In this document: positions 21,501 to 30,279 of the stretch, piece by piece | Layout of the letters: each line of letters opens with the position of its first letter | Numbering within the stretch: position 1 is the first letter of the stretch | DNA from: a virus | IMG/VR virus record: IMGVR_UViG_3300007863_000001 | Span: 35,693 to 99,692 of that record | Length of the DNA: 64,000 nucleotides | Strand: one strand, 5' to 3' | Notes under the pieces: model-generated | The model's input: the letters and a program-made list of their open reading frames with translations, nothing else | Told to the model about the DNA's origin: nothing | Databases searched by the model: none | Made by a program: the position numbers and the translations under genes

Positions 21501-24500
21501 TCTTAAGTTCCTTGATAACGAACTTGCAGATAGAACTCCCGACTTCAAGCCTTCTCTTGTCACTCAGCAGTTCACGGGTGCTAATATCTCCACAGAGACA
21601 AATATCTTTAATATTGCAGCTCATCCATTCCAGAATGAAGATTCTATTATCTATGAAGGTAATGAAGATGCAAATCCAAGAGATTTAGTTGGTGGACTTG
21701 TCAATAATGGCATCTATTATGTTGGATACATTGATGCTTCTAACTTTAAATTGTATCTAGATGAAGGTCTTGATAGTGCTGTAAATATTGATTCGTCTAT
21801 TACTGGTGTTAACACATTCACAAAGAACTCTATTGAATTCTTCGTTGATGATATCATTGAGCATCATCAGCAATATCAGCAACTACAACTTGCATCTACC
21901 CCAACATCTACTTGGGTTGCAGGTAGAGAAGTTACACAGTCAGGTAGTGGAGCAGTTGGTTTTGCTGTTACTTATCTCTCAGATGTAAACAGTTTGATTG
22001 TTTCCGTTGAAGAAGTTGGTGGGGTAAGGAATGTATTTAATACTTCCGGCGCAGTTGCAGACCATGCACCTTCACCTGTAGCAATAGGAGTCACTGGTGT
22101 TGTTGGTCTTACCACTTATCACACCATTAACTTCAAAGTTAATTCAACTGATAATGCGAGCACTGTTATCGGTATCGCAAGTCTTGTTGAGACTTATAGA
22201 TGCCATATGCACAGACCATCTATCATTAACTCCTCTGCACACACTTGGGAGTACTCTGGTTCTGGTACTGACTATAACGCACTACCACAGAATGGTGGTC
22301 AATCACAACCAAATACTGAGCAAATCTCTGAACTTGGTGGTCGAGTCTTCGCATCAGGTACTACTGAACTAGGTGACTTTAAGATTGGTTCTCAAATTAC
22401 TGCGTTTAACAGAACTGGTAGTATCGTCTTCAACAACAAAGTAACCATTGGTGAACTTGATTCAATCCGATTATCACTTTCTGGTGGTGTTGCGATTGAA
22501 GAATTCTCAACTGATGTCGGACTTGGTGAAAACGAAACTGGTGGTCCTCAGAATAAGAGAGTTGCAACTCAGTTAGCAGTTAGAAGTTTCTTAAGCAACA
22601 GACTAGGAACATTCATTGACAAGGTTGTATCAACCAACGCAATTCCAAATGCTGTTGTTCAGTTGAACTCTAATGGTCAAATTAACTCTGACCTAATTCC
22701 ACCTAAAGTTGTCAACTTTGTTCAAACAAACGTTGCAGCAGGTAGAACCGTTCTTGTTAACGAGATTCCTGCTTACAACATCATTCAGGGTGACACAGTT
22801 GTTGAACCAGATGATGCGTTCGTACTTGTAAATGATACTTTAGGACAGTACCTAATCATTGATAATAACTATGGTGGTTCTGGATACATTCACAATTTCA
22901 GCAATGGAGATACTGTTACTAGTGCTCTAAGTGCTATTGTAACTGGTGTTGTTACTGCACCTCCTGGTGGAGTTGGAATTGGAACAACTATTGCCGAGTA
23001 CACTGGTTACGGTTCTACAGGTTATGTCAGAGGTGTTGGTTTAGGTCTAGTAGTCACACAAGCAGGTTCTGGGTATAACAATGCAGGCATTTACAGTGGC
23101 ATTCCACTCAGTCCAGTAACTGGTTCTGGTTCAGGAATGCTCGCAATTGTTACAATTAATATTTCTGGACAAGTTAATCAAATTGATGTCCTTGCCGGTG
23201 GTAAGGGATATGCAACAAATGATATCCTGACAGTTTCCGACCCTAACTTATTGGGTGGAAGAACTGGAGGTGCAGATGTTCAGTTGAAGGTTACTGATTG
23301 GGAGACAAGACTGTATATTGCACTAACAAATAATCAGAAGTTTGCTGGTTCTGCAGCACTCAATGACTATATTGCAGATGCAAATGCTGGTACTGCAACA
23401 ACTACACTCACTGCATCATATAGTGTTCCATTCGACCCAACTGACATTGGAATTGGTGGTGATGTTGACTTTGCAAACGATAGAATTGTAGTTGGAGCAA
23501 GTCAATACGCAGATGGTGACCCAGTTCTTTATAATACGAATGGTGGCAATATTCTCGTTGCTGGTGGACAGGGAATTCTTAACTTAACCACATATTACAC
23601 TAAAGTTGTTGGTGCTGGTACTTCTATCGAGATTTATAGAAACTACTCACTAACAGATCAGGTTGACTTAACCGGTAGTGGTGGTGGAACCCACGAATTC
23701 CGTAGAGATACTGCAAGATTTGAGAAGAATACAATTGCTTGGGTCAATCATGGATTCAGCACAGGTGAAGCAATCAGAGTAAGTGGACAAACTCCATTAG
23801 GTATTTCCACTGGTTCCTTCTACTATACTGGTTCTATCACACAGAACTCCTTCACATTGCACGAAACTGCATCTGATGCTGGTTTCTCTGTTGCTGGTGT
23901 AATCTTCAACGAAGTTGGAATTGCAGCATCTGCAACTGGTTCTATGACATTCACAGAATCGAATGTCAGATACAATGATTCAGTCAATACATCTTCAACT
24001 AATGTAAACAACTGGTCACTACTTGCAAGACAAGATATTGACGCATCCAACATCATCTCTGGTATTGTCAATACCTCAAGACTTGGTGGTGGTACTGCAA
24101 ACTCCGATACTGTCTTAACGGGTGGTTCTGCGTTCCTCAAGAACGTATTCAAGATGGGCATTGATGCTAATGCTCCAATTACACTTTCATCCTCCTCACA
24201 GGAGTTCCCGAATGGTGGAACAGGAATTGTTACCCACTACGGAACAGTTAACATTGGAATTACTTCTGTTGCACAATCACTTGATACATATTCAACTATT
24301 GGTTTCGCAAAATTCAAGAACTCTACATTTGCTATTGATGCAACTGGTGGTGTAAGTATAAAGAATTCTTCAACTGGTGACATTGATGCAGTATCACTTG
24401 AATCACGCAGTCTCGCATACGTACTCAACTCTGCTAATCACACTGGTGCAATTCCAGTAACAAGAGGTGGTACAGGTCTATCTGCTGCTCCAGCAAACGG

Positions 24501-25866
24501 TGCATTCCTCCAAGGTAATGGTACTGGTTATAACTTAACTACAAGTCCAACATTCACTGGTCAACTTAAAATCACTGCTAGTGTTGACTATGCACTTGAT
24601 ATCAACACCAACAGAGATGCTAAGATTGTTCTTAGAGGAACAAATAATCCTTATATCCGTTGGAGACAATCTAATACTGATAGACTCTATATTCAGTGGG
24701 TAGATAGTTATAATGCACCACTCTATAGAAACCAAGAGTCCTCATATCATTACTTTAGAGGTAATAACTCTGGTGGTATCATACTTCAGGATAATGGTGG
24801 ATCCAATCGTGGTTATCTATATCATGATGGTGGTGATAGTTTCGGTCTCCTTGACCGTGATGGTAACTGGGCAGTTCGTGTCGTAAGAGATAGTCATGTT
24901 GACTTCCGTGATAATAACGAATCAGTATTTACCGTAGGTCAAGGTGGACATAGTTCAAACTATGGTACTGTTTCCACCCAAGGTGGTGGTAGAGGTGGAT
25001 GGGAAGGTTATTCCATCAACGGTCGTTATGTATTCATGAGTTCTGATAACAATTCTTGTGGTTGGTATAATGACGTTGATAACCGTTGGTTAATTTACTA
25101 TCAGAGAAATGATAGATTAGACTTCTATGATCCTGATGGTGGTCAGGTTTGGTTCCGTAATGATAACGGTGAAATCCAAACGTTCATCCACGAACGTAAG
25201 TATGATAATGATTATCTATACTTCGGTAATGATGCAGACTTCAGAACTCATCACAATGGCAGTCACCAGTACTTCCGCAATTATAACCACGGAAGTGGTG
25301 ACTACTACTTCCAAGGTGAAGACCATCAGGGAACTAACCATGCTCTCCTCTACCTGATTACCAATGGTAATAATCCATATGTTGACCTATATTATGATGG
25401 TGACTTAAAACTTAGAACTATCAATAATGGTATTCAGGTTTATGGTAGAGTATATGCAAGAGGTGGATTCCAAAACCAGTCAGACTCTAGACTTAAAGAT
25501 AATGTTGAAAAGATTAATAATGCACTAGAAAAAATTGAGGCAATTAGAGGTGTAACATTCGACTGGAATGAAAAGTCAAAAGACATGGCTGGTATTCGTG
25601 ATTATGGTGTTATCGCACAAGAGGTTGAACCAGTTCTCCCAGAACTTGTTGAAGAAAGAGAAGAGGAGATTACAAGAAAGAGAACAGAGGAAGAAATTGA
25701 GGATGATGGAACTCCAGTTGACATTGTTATCGGAATTGAAACTTACAAGGTTATGAATTACAATGGTCTAATTCCTGTTCTCATTGAAGGTGTTAAAGAA
25801 CTTTCCGAAAAACTCAACATAATTGAAACAAGACTGAATAGTGCTGGGATTAGTTCGGGTTCCTAA
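15544..25866 (+). CDS. giant (~3440 aa) tail fibre: Mtd-like N-term, pectin-lyase-like beta-helix, repeat domains, S74 chaperone
   Basis: ATG 15544 (MANTKRVQFRRGT) preferred over TTG 15526; GEYLEDNPI..IIGDSLR and SPYIQNC..DGYAQVVS beta-helix motifs; QSDSRLKDN..GVIAQEVE. Confidence 0.85.
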   Translation: MANTKRVQFRRGTDAEHQVFTGAPGEITVNTSNNSIHVHDGVTPAGVAAARSDFNNVTAGIITGSLRVGGANTLGTHSYEMTVGVGETAGVIIDGGVDIYGSQNIVGSSTITDGNFSVSGATTTSSWGMTVGHGTTEVIIQGNARITGILSVGQNTISIDGNTNKISVIDLESETITSNNFNFVSIAQTTFTHSTETSDIVAIGGTIIPVVGLNTVAVGDFVTISPYFTNAKVVGIGSTTVTTSFTKIIKFTSVVNDVGVGATSFAVGNLDGVIVGNSIDVGNFISGASITGISSIATSTTNTDLELFLTVTQDADAGATQIAVGSTSGIGVGNSVTTGSGGTSFVADGGTTTERITAIGTIPVGTVNVITNSTSTVGSAGTEGELSIVGGGTTFFVDSATKIDTGYTVLISGESDNTVASVNVNTGLITLSTGVSGDVFSGTDVDFTRITVGFTDSVIGSTQATNTASAGANLIEVNSVENVSIGSSVSVITGDLSTELYFRRIAGINTVTPSITIDGTLPFDVDAATTLEYTDRLTTLPAITLANGVGAAVTANATTLSVSSAEQNFSPSVSVSSGSTETITSGTQVSISSFTNNADTVLIRPGAASTSEIALASTIDFRRESSSNTIINPASSEIGNLNVTGIATLGELTYPMFDGKEGQVLQTDGNGNIVFGAGGNSGSDTIIFVSSVNGNDENDGILLPVKSIKKGAQLASKVQKTEVSVLVETGEYLEDNPIIVYDNVSIIGDSLRNIVVRPLNAGKDLFKVRNGCYITGMTFNDFVDGDTKVPQHTWDYAIAFDDPFDTNLDRTGYASTEILKLTNAIYTKETGITTFTTEKKHDFYRGNTARVAGIAWTCGYDEGGIRNINYDHVSGVSTLTFYGDANFTANNVGGATSSSKYYWSEGQRLYLNNLMFECSPEHIGLTTGTYPYPGLDDTYGAVYPITGVNTATKQITIQGGVSTIPHVYKAWESLGISTFEYDNVSGICTIETRYRHNLNDNDNITLGNLPFTCSAEHTGVTTHVFPDGTLNTFNHDGYTFKVRSSGIAASITGADYDGVSGIMTVTSPSHGMSTGDELRIATEGISFTCDQDDNQQPSAYPRATDPAAGQWLSVTVIDANTLSVDVGNAGTASTSVHTYSSSTDFPISLFPNKFTVNAGTSTIPHTYEGYAPENISGFTYDAYTGIATVTTAATLNAVAGEHISLVGLQLTCTDQSLGITKDITFADYDHISGVTTIHTKNAHDLKLGSKIHLEDLRFECDYGISVYPKGEYFTPTDVSYNTANGDLVFTIGSHSLTTNDYIDIADNSIAFTCTMDGGQEAKTYPRAGIDPYAGRSIQISGTTATQITVNVGSAGTDVYFTPTGATYDPSTGVMEVTVGQHGLGVGRGVVLEDNSFTFTCLTDPNDPKTYPRSGQDPFAGKSIPITSVGMSTHTATDAPYNAGTGAITVTVSAHGFANGDFVLIEDDSLTYNCVLDGNVEQKSYPRKNYDYASGRWLRVSNVTTNTFDINIGASSYAGAHTFISASSNGVKRQTGTFTLQVGTSSDTSDHTFVSATANAIKHEPQAAHTFNAAASNLTNAVSTSGKDLNVLSVISPNKFTVNVGVSTLAHTYLDKGVLNRYYTPKNNVTAADYDHISGVTTITAPGSYFNPGEIIYLDGMTFSCAYGTDTYPSGNLGYGFTVTSVTNNEFDTFTFVCNVGVSTLAHTYVSGGTVQSGITTTIFPDGTSYPRDAFEVLTVNNATEIEIQVGKSDIPHTYISGGTAQVTPITRKVGTAQQVQYYPELNRSGKIDFGVVNSLNDLQFLIRGETNERDHFYTQGGQVELSKPKINKSPYIQNCSILSSLGGNGILVDGDKIISTNRGLIPELGEIPVVLPSPEFGKSMVAATFTMISFGGIGWRTINDGYAQVVSCFQIFCGYGSLCQSGGYLSITNSATNFGRFSLRATGYSRNSFVFDRGRVVNTGTSGGLQTLRVVGLGRSDQQLYVLKFLDNELADRTPDFKPSLVTQQFTGANISTETNIFNIAAHPFQNEDSIIYEGNEDANPRDLVGGLVNNGIYYVGYIDASNFKLYLDEGLDSAVNIDSSITGVNTFTKNSIEFFVDDIIEHHQQYQQLQLASTPTSTWVAGREVTQSGSGAVGFAVTYLSDVNSLIVSVEEVGGVRNVFNTSGAVADHAPSPVAIGVTGVVGLTTYHTINFKVNSTDNASTVIGIASLVETYRCHMHRPSIINSSAHTWEYSGSGTDYNALPQNGGQSQPNTEQISELGGRVFASGTTELGDFKIGSQITAFNRTGSIVFNNKVTIGELDSIRLSLSGGVAIEEFSTDVGLGENETGGPQNKRVATQLAVRSFLSNRLGTFIDKVVSTNAIPNAVVQLNSNGQINSDLIPPKVVNFVQTNVAAGRTVLVNEIPAYNIIQGDTVVEPDDAFVLVNDTLGQYLIIDNNYGGSGYIHNFSNGDTVTSALSAIVTGVVTAPPGGVGIGTTIAEYTGYGSTGYVRGVGLGLVVTQAGSGYNNAGIYSGIPLSPVTGSGSGMLAIVTINISGQVNQIDVLAGGKGYATNDILTVSDPNLLGGRTGGADVQLKVTDWETRLYIALTNNQKFAGSAALNDYIADANAGTATTTLTASYSVPFDPTDIGIGGDVDFANDRIVVGASQYADGDPVLYNTNGGNILVAGGQGILNLTTYYTKVVGAGTSIEIYRNYSLTDQVDLTGSGGGTHEFRRDTARFEKNTIAWVNHGFSTGEAIRVSGQTPLGISTGSFYYTGSITQNSFTLHETASDAGFSVAGVIFNEVGIAASATGSMTFTESNVRYNDSVNTSSTNVNNWSLLARQDIDASNIISGIVNTSRLGGGTANSDTVLTGGSAFLKNVFKMGIDANAPITLSSSSQEFPNGGTGIVTHYGTVNIGITSVAQSLDTYSTIGFAKFKNSTFAIDATGGVSIKNSSTGDIDAVSLESRSLAYVLNSANHTGAIPVTRGGTGLSAAPANGAFLQGNGTGYNLTTSPTFTGQLKITASVDYALDINTNRDAKIVLRGTNNPYIRWRQSNTDRLYIQWVDSYNAPLYRNQESSYHYFRGNNSGGIILQDNGGSNRGYLYHDGGDSFGLLDRDGNWAVRVVRDSHVDFRDNNESVFTVGQGGHSSNYGTVSTQGGGRGGWEGYSINGRYVFMSSDNNSCGWYNDVDNRWLIYYQRNDRLDFYDPDGGQVWFRNDNGEIQTFIHERKYDNDYLYFGNDADFRTHHNGSHQYFRNYNHGSGDYYFQGEDHQGTNHALLYLITNGNNPYVDLYYDGDLKLRTINNGIQVYGRVYARGGFQNQSDSRLKDNVEKINNALEKIEAIRGVTFDWNEKSKDMAGIRDYGVIAQEVEPVLPELVEEREEEITRKRTEEEIEDDGTPVDIVIGIETYKVMNYNGLIPVLIEGVKELSEKLNIIETRLNSAGISSGS

Positions 25867-25889
25867 ACAACTTATGGTGTCATGACCGT

Positions 25890-25897
25890 TATAAATA
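25890..25897 (+). promoter_or_regulatory. T4-type late promoter
   Basis: TATAAATA upstream of 25924. Confidence 0.8.
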
Positions 25898-25923
25898 AAA
25901 ATAAACAGTTTGTTTGTTGAGAC

Positions 25924-26292
25924 ATGGCACCATACAATATAACTTCAGAAACCGTTGAGTGGACTTGGAACATCAGGGACGCAGAGGTTAGTAGGAAAAT
26001 AGATGGACGCACAGATGTTGTTGCGTCCATTTTGTGGTCTCTTGAAGGTGAATTTTTCGGACCAAATGATAGACCTGGACATTCAGATCAGTACATGGAG
26101 CAAGTATCTGGTACTACTATACTAGCACCTCCTTCTGATGATAACTTTTCCGATATTAGTACTGTCAAAAAAAGTGTTTTAAGAAGATGGTTACTTGGAA
26201 CATTGACTGATTTTGAACAAAATGAAATAAAGCAAAAAGTACTAAAAAAGTTAGACAAGACTTGCAATAGTGATACGTATTGGCTTGGCTAA
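25924..26292 (+). CDS. tail-fibre-associated small protein
   Basis: WTWNI..DVV..I.W family that typically follows S74-type fibres; position. Confidence 0.55.
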   Translation: MAPYNITSETVEWTWNIRDAEVSRKIDGRTDVVASILWSLEGEFFGPNDRPGHSDQYMEQVSGTTILAPPSDDNFSDISTVKKSVLRRWLLGTLTDFEQNEIKQKVLKKLDKTCNSDTYWLG

Positions 26293-26336
26293 TAACACAA
26301 TTTAATTGTATAATTTTTTTATTATAAAGTAATACT

Positions 26337-27047
26337 ATGAAAGAACAAGAAAAAAAAATAGAGCAGTCTATAATTTTTGGTGACTGTATCTGGAGTCAAG
26401 ATATAGATCTCAATAATACAGATATTGATAATGATAATTTAATTGATTATGCATATGAAGTTTATCGAACACAGTCTAAGATTAAAAAATCTAATAGACT
26501 AGGATTTCAAAGTAGTAGTCTACCAACAACACCACAAACGGCTGACTCACGATTAAAACCATTACTTACAGAAGTTGTAAGTTTTGCTCAGAGTATTTGT
26601 TATGATCAATTATATAAAAATGCAGAGGAATCTGGTTTACTTTTTGGTGTAGATTCTTGGTTGAATATAAATCAAAAATATGCATACAATCAACCCCATA
26701 TCCATGGAGGCAATACTCTCCTTAGTTTAATTTATTATGCACAGACTCCAGAGAATTGTGGCAATTTTTATCTTACTAGAGAAGATTCCAGAGTAGATTT
26801 AATATCAAGATTTAAGATTGATAATTTTTTCCCTATGGCACCGCAAATACATTATAAACCTACACCAGGAAAAATATTAGCTACTCCTGGTTGGGTTACT
26901 CATGGTGTCGAACAGAACCTTTCTGATGAAGATAGGATTTCATTTGCGTTTAATATAAATTTAATGCCAAATAATAATAATGATAATGATAATGATAATC
27001 AACCTTTAGACAAAGAAGAGCAAAAAGTGAATAAGTATGCATATTGA
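26337..27047 (+). CDS. 2OG-Fe(II) oxygenase (TIGR02466-like)
   Basis: WLNIN..NQPHIH..LSLIYY..PGWVTHGV..RISFAFN. Confidence 0.85.
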   Translation: MKEQEKKIEQSIIFGDCIWSQDIDLNNTDIDNDNLIDYAYEVYRTQSKIKKSNRLGFQSSSLPTTPQTADSRLKPLLTEVVSFAQSICYDQLYKNAEESGLLFGVDSWLNINQKYAYNQPHIHGGNTLLSLIYYAQTPENCGNFYLTREDSRVDLISRFKIDNFFPMAPQIHYKPTPGKILATPGWVTHGVEQNLSDEDRISFAFNINLMPNNNNDNDNDNQPLDKEEQKVNKYAY

Positions 27048-27666
27048 ATTAAGTAGGAAAAAAATATCTTTATTTCCTACAATATTATATCAATTTAAAA
27101 TCGATGAATATTTAATAGACGAATTGAGCAAAATAATATTAAATGAATATAAACAATGGGGAAATAGCAACTATATTTCAGTAAGTTCTGATGATCAACA
27201 TAAAAGAGAAGATAGTTGCATAAAAGAAATATCTAAGTTATTAGATGACGAAATACTTGCTATATTAGAAAATATGAAAGTAATGAGAATGTCTCATTAC
27301 ATTTCTGGTATGTGGCATAATGTTTCAAAAGAACCTTATCAACATCAGCAGCACACTCATCCAAATTCATTCTTAAGTGGGATAATTTATATCAATTGTC
27401 CTGATGGTTGTGGGAACACAGTATTTACCGACCCAGTGTCAGAAAGAAAAGTATTTTTACCAGATCTTTTTGATATGAATCAAGAAAACTCTAGGGCATT
27501 TTCTGTAAAACCAGAAAAAGGTCTTGTTACAATATTTCCCTCTTGGTTAAATCATCAGGTAAATAATGGAACTATGAAATCAACAGACTTGAGGATTTCT
27601 ACTGCATTCAACTACAATCTACATGGAAAGGCATCTCAATTAAATACTGCTAGACTAGAATACTAA
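27037..27666 (+). CDS. 2OG-Fe(II) oxygenase (TIGR02466-like)
   Basis: HTHPNSFLSGIIY..FPSWLNHQV..RISTAFN. Confidence 0.85.
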   Translation: MHIELSRKKISLFPTILYQFKIDEYLIDELSKIILNEYKQWGNSNYISVSSDDQHKREDSCIKEISKLLDDEILAILENMKVMRMSHYISGMWHNVSKEPYQHQQHTHPNSFLSGIIYINCPDGCGNTVFTDPVSERKVFLPDLFDMNQENSRAFSVKPEKGLVTIFPSWLNHQVNNGTMKSTDLRISTAFNYNLHGKASQLNTARLEY

Positions 27667-27694
27667 ATACAACGTATAGTTATTATTTTTACTT

Positions 27695-27970
27695 ATGGAA
27701 TTGACAGATCAACAAAAACACTTGAAGCGTTTAAAGGAACAGCAAGACGAAGTTATTACAAGACACACAAAAGCATCTGCAGAAATCAATGAATGTAGAG
27801 ATATGATTATGAAACTTCAGGGTGCTATTGATTATCTTGAGCAAATTGGTGTCACTATACAGGAAACAGAAGATGACAGTGATAAAGACAATCCATTAGC
27901 AACTGAGGGAGACATAGATGGACCAATAGAACCAGTTGTTGGTCCAGTATTTACACCAAATCCAGATTGA
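27695..27970 (+). CDS. small coiled-coil hypothetical protein
   Basis: KLQGAIDYL heptad motif, acidic tail. Confidence 0.7.
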   Translation: MELTDQQKHLKRLKEQQDEVITRHTKASAEINECRDMIMKLQGAIDYLEQIGVTIQETEDDSDKDNPLATEGDIDGPIEPVVGPVFTPNPD

Positions 27971-27978
27971 TATTACTC

Positions 27979-28006
27979 AAAAGACCGCAAATGCGGTCTT
28001 TTTTTT
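27979..28006 (+). terminator. intrinsic terminator
   Basis: aaaagaccgc-aaat-gcggtctttt plus T run. Confidence 0.9.
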
Positions 28007-28007
28007 C

Positions 28008-28015
28008 TATAAATA
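28008..28015 (+). promoter_or_regulatory. T4-type late promoter
   Basis: TATAAATA upstream of gp13. Confidence 0.8.
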
Positions 28016-28041
28016 CATTTAGAGGTATGTTTGGTTTATAA

Positions 28042-28857
28042 ATGGCACAGCCATCATCGAGAGCAGAACTAAAGGAGTATTGTCTGAAGCAACTAGGCAA
28101 ACCAGTTTTAGAAGTAAATGTAGACGATGATCAAATTGATGATTTGATTGATGATGCTCTTCAATATTACAATGAACGTCATTATGATGGTGTAGAAAGA
28201 GTTTTCCTAAAGCATAAAATTACTGCAGAAGAAAAAGAAATTATAAGAACTGGTGTAACAACTACAACAGCAACTTCTTCAGTTGGTGTTTCTACAGTAT
28301 CGTATAACGAGACAACTAATTTTCTAAAGCTACCAGACACTGTAATTGGTGTTAATGGTGTTTTTAAAATGGATTCCAGTACTGTTTCTGGTGATATGTT
28401 TAATTTGAAATATCAATTATTCTTAAATGACCTTCATTACTATGGTGCATTAGATTTATTAAATTATGCAATGGTAAAAACACACTTAGAAGATATTGGA
28501 AGATTACTTACACCTGACGTTCAGTTAAGATTCAATAAAAAACAAGGAAGGTTGTACTTAGATATTGACTGGGCAAGTGTTCATGAAGAGTCATGGTTAA
28601 TTTTAGATTGTTTCCGAATTGTAAACCCATTAGAATTTACAAAGGTTTATAATGATTGGTGGTTAAAAAAATACTCGACTGCATTAATTAAAAAGCAGTG
28701 GGGAATGAATATGATTAAATTTAATGGTGTTCAATTGCCTGGTGGAATTACTTTAAATGGAAGACAACTATATGATGATGCAGTAAATGAAATAACAGTT
28801 CTTGAAGAGAAGTTACATACAGAATATGAAATGCCACCATTAGATATGATAGGTTAA
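28042..28857 (+). CDS. gp13: neck protein gp13
   Basis: YCLKQLGKPVLEVNV, KKQWGMNMIKF..LPGGITLNG; synteny. Confidence 0.92.
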   Translation: MAQPSSRAELKEYCLKQLGKPVLEVNVDDDQIDDLIDDALQYYNERHYDGVERVFLKHKITAEEKEIIRTGVTTTTATSSVGVSTVSYNETTNFLKLPDTVIGVNGVFKMDSSTVSGDMFNLKYQLFLNDLHYYGALDLLNYAMVKTHLEDIGRLLTPDVQLRFNKKQGRLYLDIDWASVHEESWLILDCFRIVNPLEFTKVYNDWWLKKYSTALIKKQWGMNMIKFNGVQLPGGITLNGRQLYDDAVNEITVLEEKLHTEYEMPPLDMIG

Positions 28858-28858
28858 T

Positions 28859-30247
28859 ATGACTCCTTTAAATCCTTATTTCTTACAAGGTTCACCAAGT
28901 GAGCAAAGACTTGTCCAGTCATTGATAAACGAACAGTTATCAATGTATGGGCAAGATGTTCTCTATATGCCTAGAAAGATTATTAATGAAGAAAAAATCA
29001 TTAAAGAAATAATTGTTTCTAAATTTGACGATAGTTTTAGATTAGAAGCATACATTTCTACTTTTGATGGTTTTGGTGGTAATGGTGATATCCTATCAAA
29101 GTTTGGGGTCAGAAGTACTGATGAAATAACTTTTGTTATTTCAAGAGAAAGATATTCTGACTTCATAACACCCAAACTCGGTTTATTTAGAGATGAAAAT
29201 GTTAAAGTAAAAACTCGTCCCCAAGAAGGAGACTTGATTTACTTACCTCTAGATAATGCTTTATTCGAGATTAAATATGTAGAAACAAAAACACCATTCT
29301 ATCAGTTGAATGATTTATATGTTTATGAATTGAGATGTGAGTTGTTTGAGTATGAAGATGAGATTATTGATACAGGAATTGATGATGTTGACGAATCCAT
29401 AAAGGATTTTGGTTATATGATCACAATGCAAATGGTTGGGTCTGGAGAAACAACTGCAAGTGTATCTATTGGACTGATGTCCGAACTTGCTTCTGGAGTT
29501 CCCGACTATTCAATATCAAATATAGATTTACTTCATGGTGGTAGTGGTTATAAATCTGCACCAGTTGTTGATATCTCCAATCCAGTTGGTGGTGGTATTA
29601 CTGCGTCTGCAGTTGCAGTAATAGACAGAGGTTCTGTCAGTAAGGTATACATAACTAATCCAGGTTATGGATATAGCACAGCACCAATAGTTACGTTTAT
29701 TTCATCAAGTGGTTCTGGAACTATTGCCACATCAATTATTAATTCGGGTTCTTTATCTCCAGTTAGCATAACTTCTGGTGGACAAGGATACTCTTCTGCT
29801 CCTGAAGTTACTATAGGTATTCCACCAGTTATTGGTGTGGCAGTAACAGCAAAAGCAGAAGCATTTATCAATACTGTTGGAGTAGTTACTGCAATAAGAT
29901 TTACTGATGCTGGAATCGGATATACCATGTCACCTCAAGTGACAATTGCAGAACCTCCTGGTATTTCAAGTGGATCATTTGAGTTTAATGAAATAGTTAC
30001 TGGAGAAAAAACAGGAACTAAAGCATATGTTAAAGATTGGAATGGTGATACTAAAAAATTAAAACTTTCTATAGTTGATGGAAATTTTGCTTTAGGTGAA
30101 ACTGTTGTTGGTGCTGCAGGTTCTTATACAGTGTTTTCAATCGAAACAGATGATGTTGATGATACCTTTGCTGAAAATTATACAATCGAAGAAGAGGCAG
30201 ATAAAATAATTGACTTTACAGAAACTAACCCATTCGGAGAGTTCTAA
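28859..30247 (+). CDS. gp14: neck protein gp14 with GxGY..AP.V.I repeat insert
   Basis: YGQDVLYMPR, FYQL..VYELRCELFEY, DFTETNPFGE. Confidence 0.9.
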   Translation: MTPLNPYFLQGSPSEQRLVQSLINEQLSMYGQDVLYMPRKIINEEKIIKEIIVSKFDDSFRLEAYISTFDGFGGNGDILSKFGVRSTDEITFVISRERYSDFITPKLGLFRDENVKVKTRPQEGDLIYLPLDNALFEIKYVETKTPFYQLNDLYVYELRCELFEYEDEIIDTGIDDVDESIKDFGYMITMQMVGSGETTASVSIGLMSELASGVPDYSISNIDLLHGGSGYKSAPVVDISNPVGGGITASAVAVIDRGSVSKVYITNPGYGYSTAPIVTFISSSGSGTIATSIINSGSLSPVSITSGGQGYSSAPEVTIGIPPVIGVAVTAKAEAFINTVGVVTAIRFTDAGIGYTMSPQVTIAEPPGISSGSFEFNEIVTGEKTGTKAYVKDWNGDTKKLKLSIVDGNFALGETVVGAAGSYTVFSIETDDVDDTFAENYTIEEEADKIIDFTETNPFGEF

Positions 30248-30279
30248 ATAATAAGTAAATACCTATACAATATTTTGAA

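Noticed and set aside
4345-24735. Many minus-strand and alternate-frame ORFs in the track (e.g. 4345-4725, 10253-10729, 16929-17438)
   Set aside because: Shadows of the strongly biased codon usage of the + strand genes; no RBS or recognisable motifs
7374-25866. Diversity-generating retroelement suggested by Mtd-like N-termini and near-identical repeats
   Set aside because: No reverse transcriptase in the window; the repeat pairs are both in-frame coding and their mismatches are not adenine-specific; the Mtd-like part is only the anchor domain
26969-27000. aat/gataat microsatellite as a phase-variation switch
   Set aside because: Units are multiples of 3 in a disordered C-terminal tail, so slippage would not shift frame
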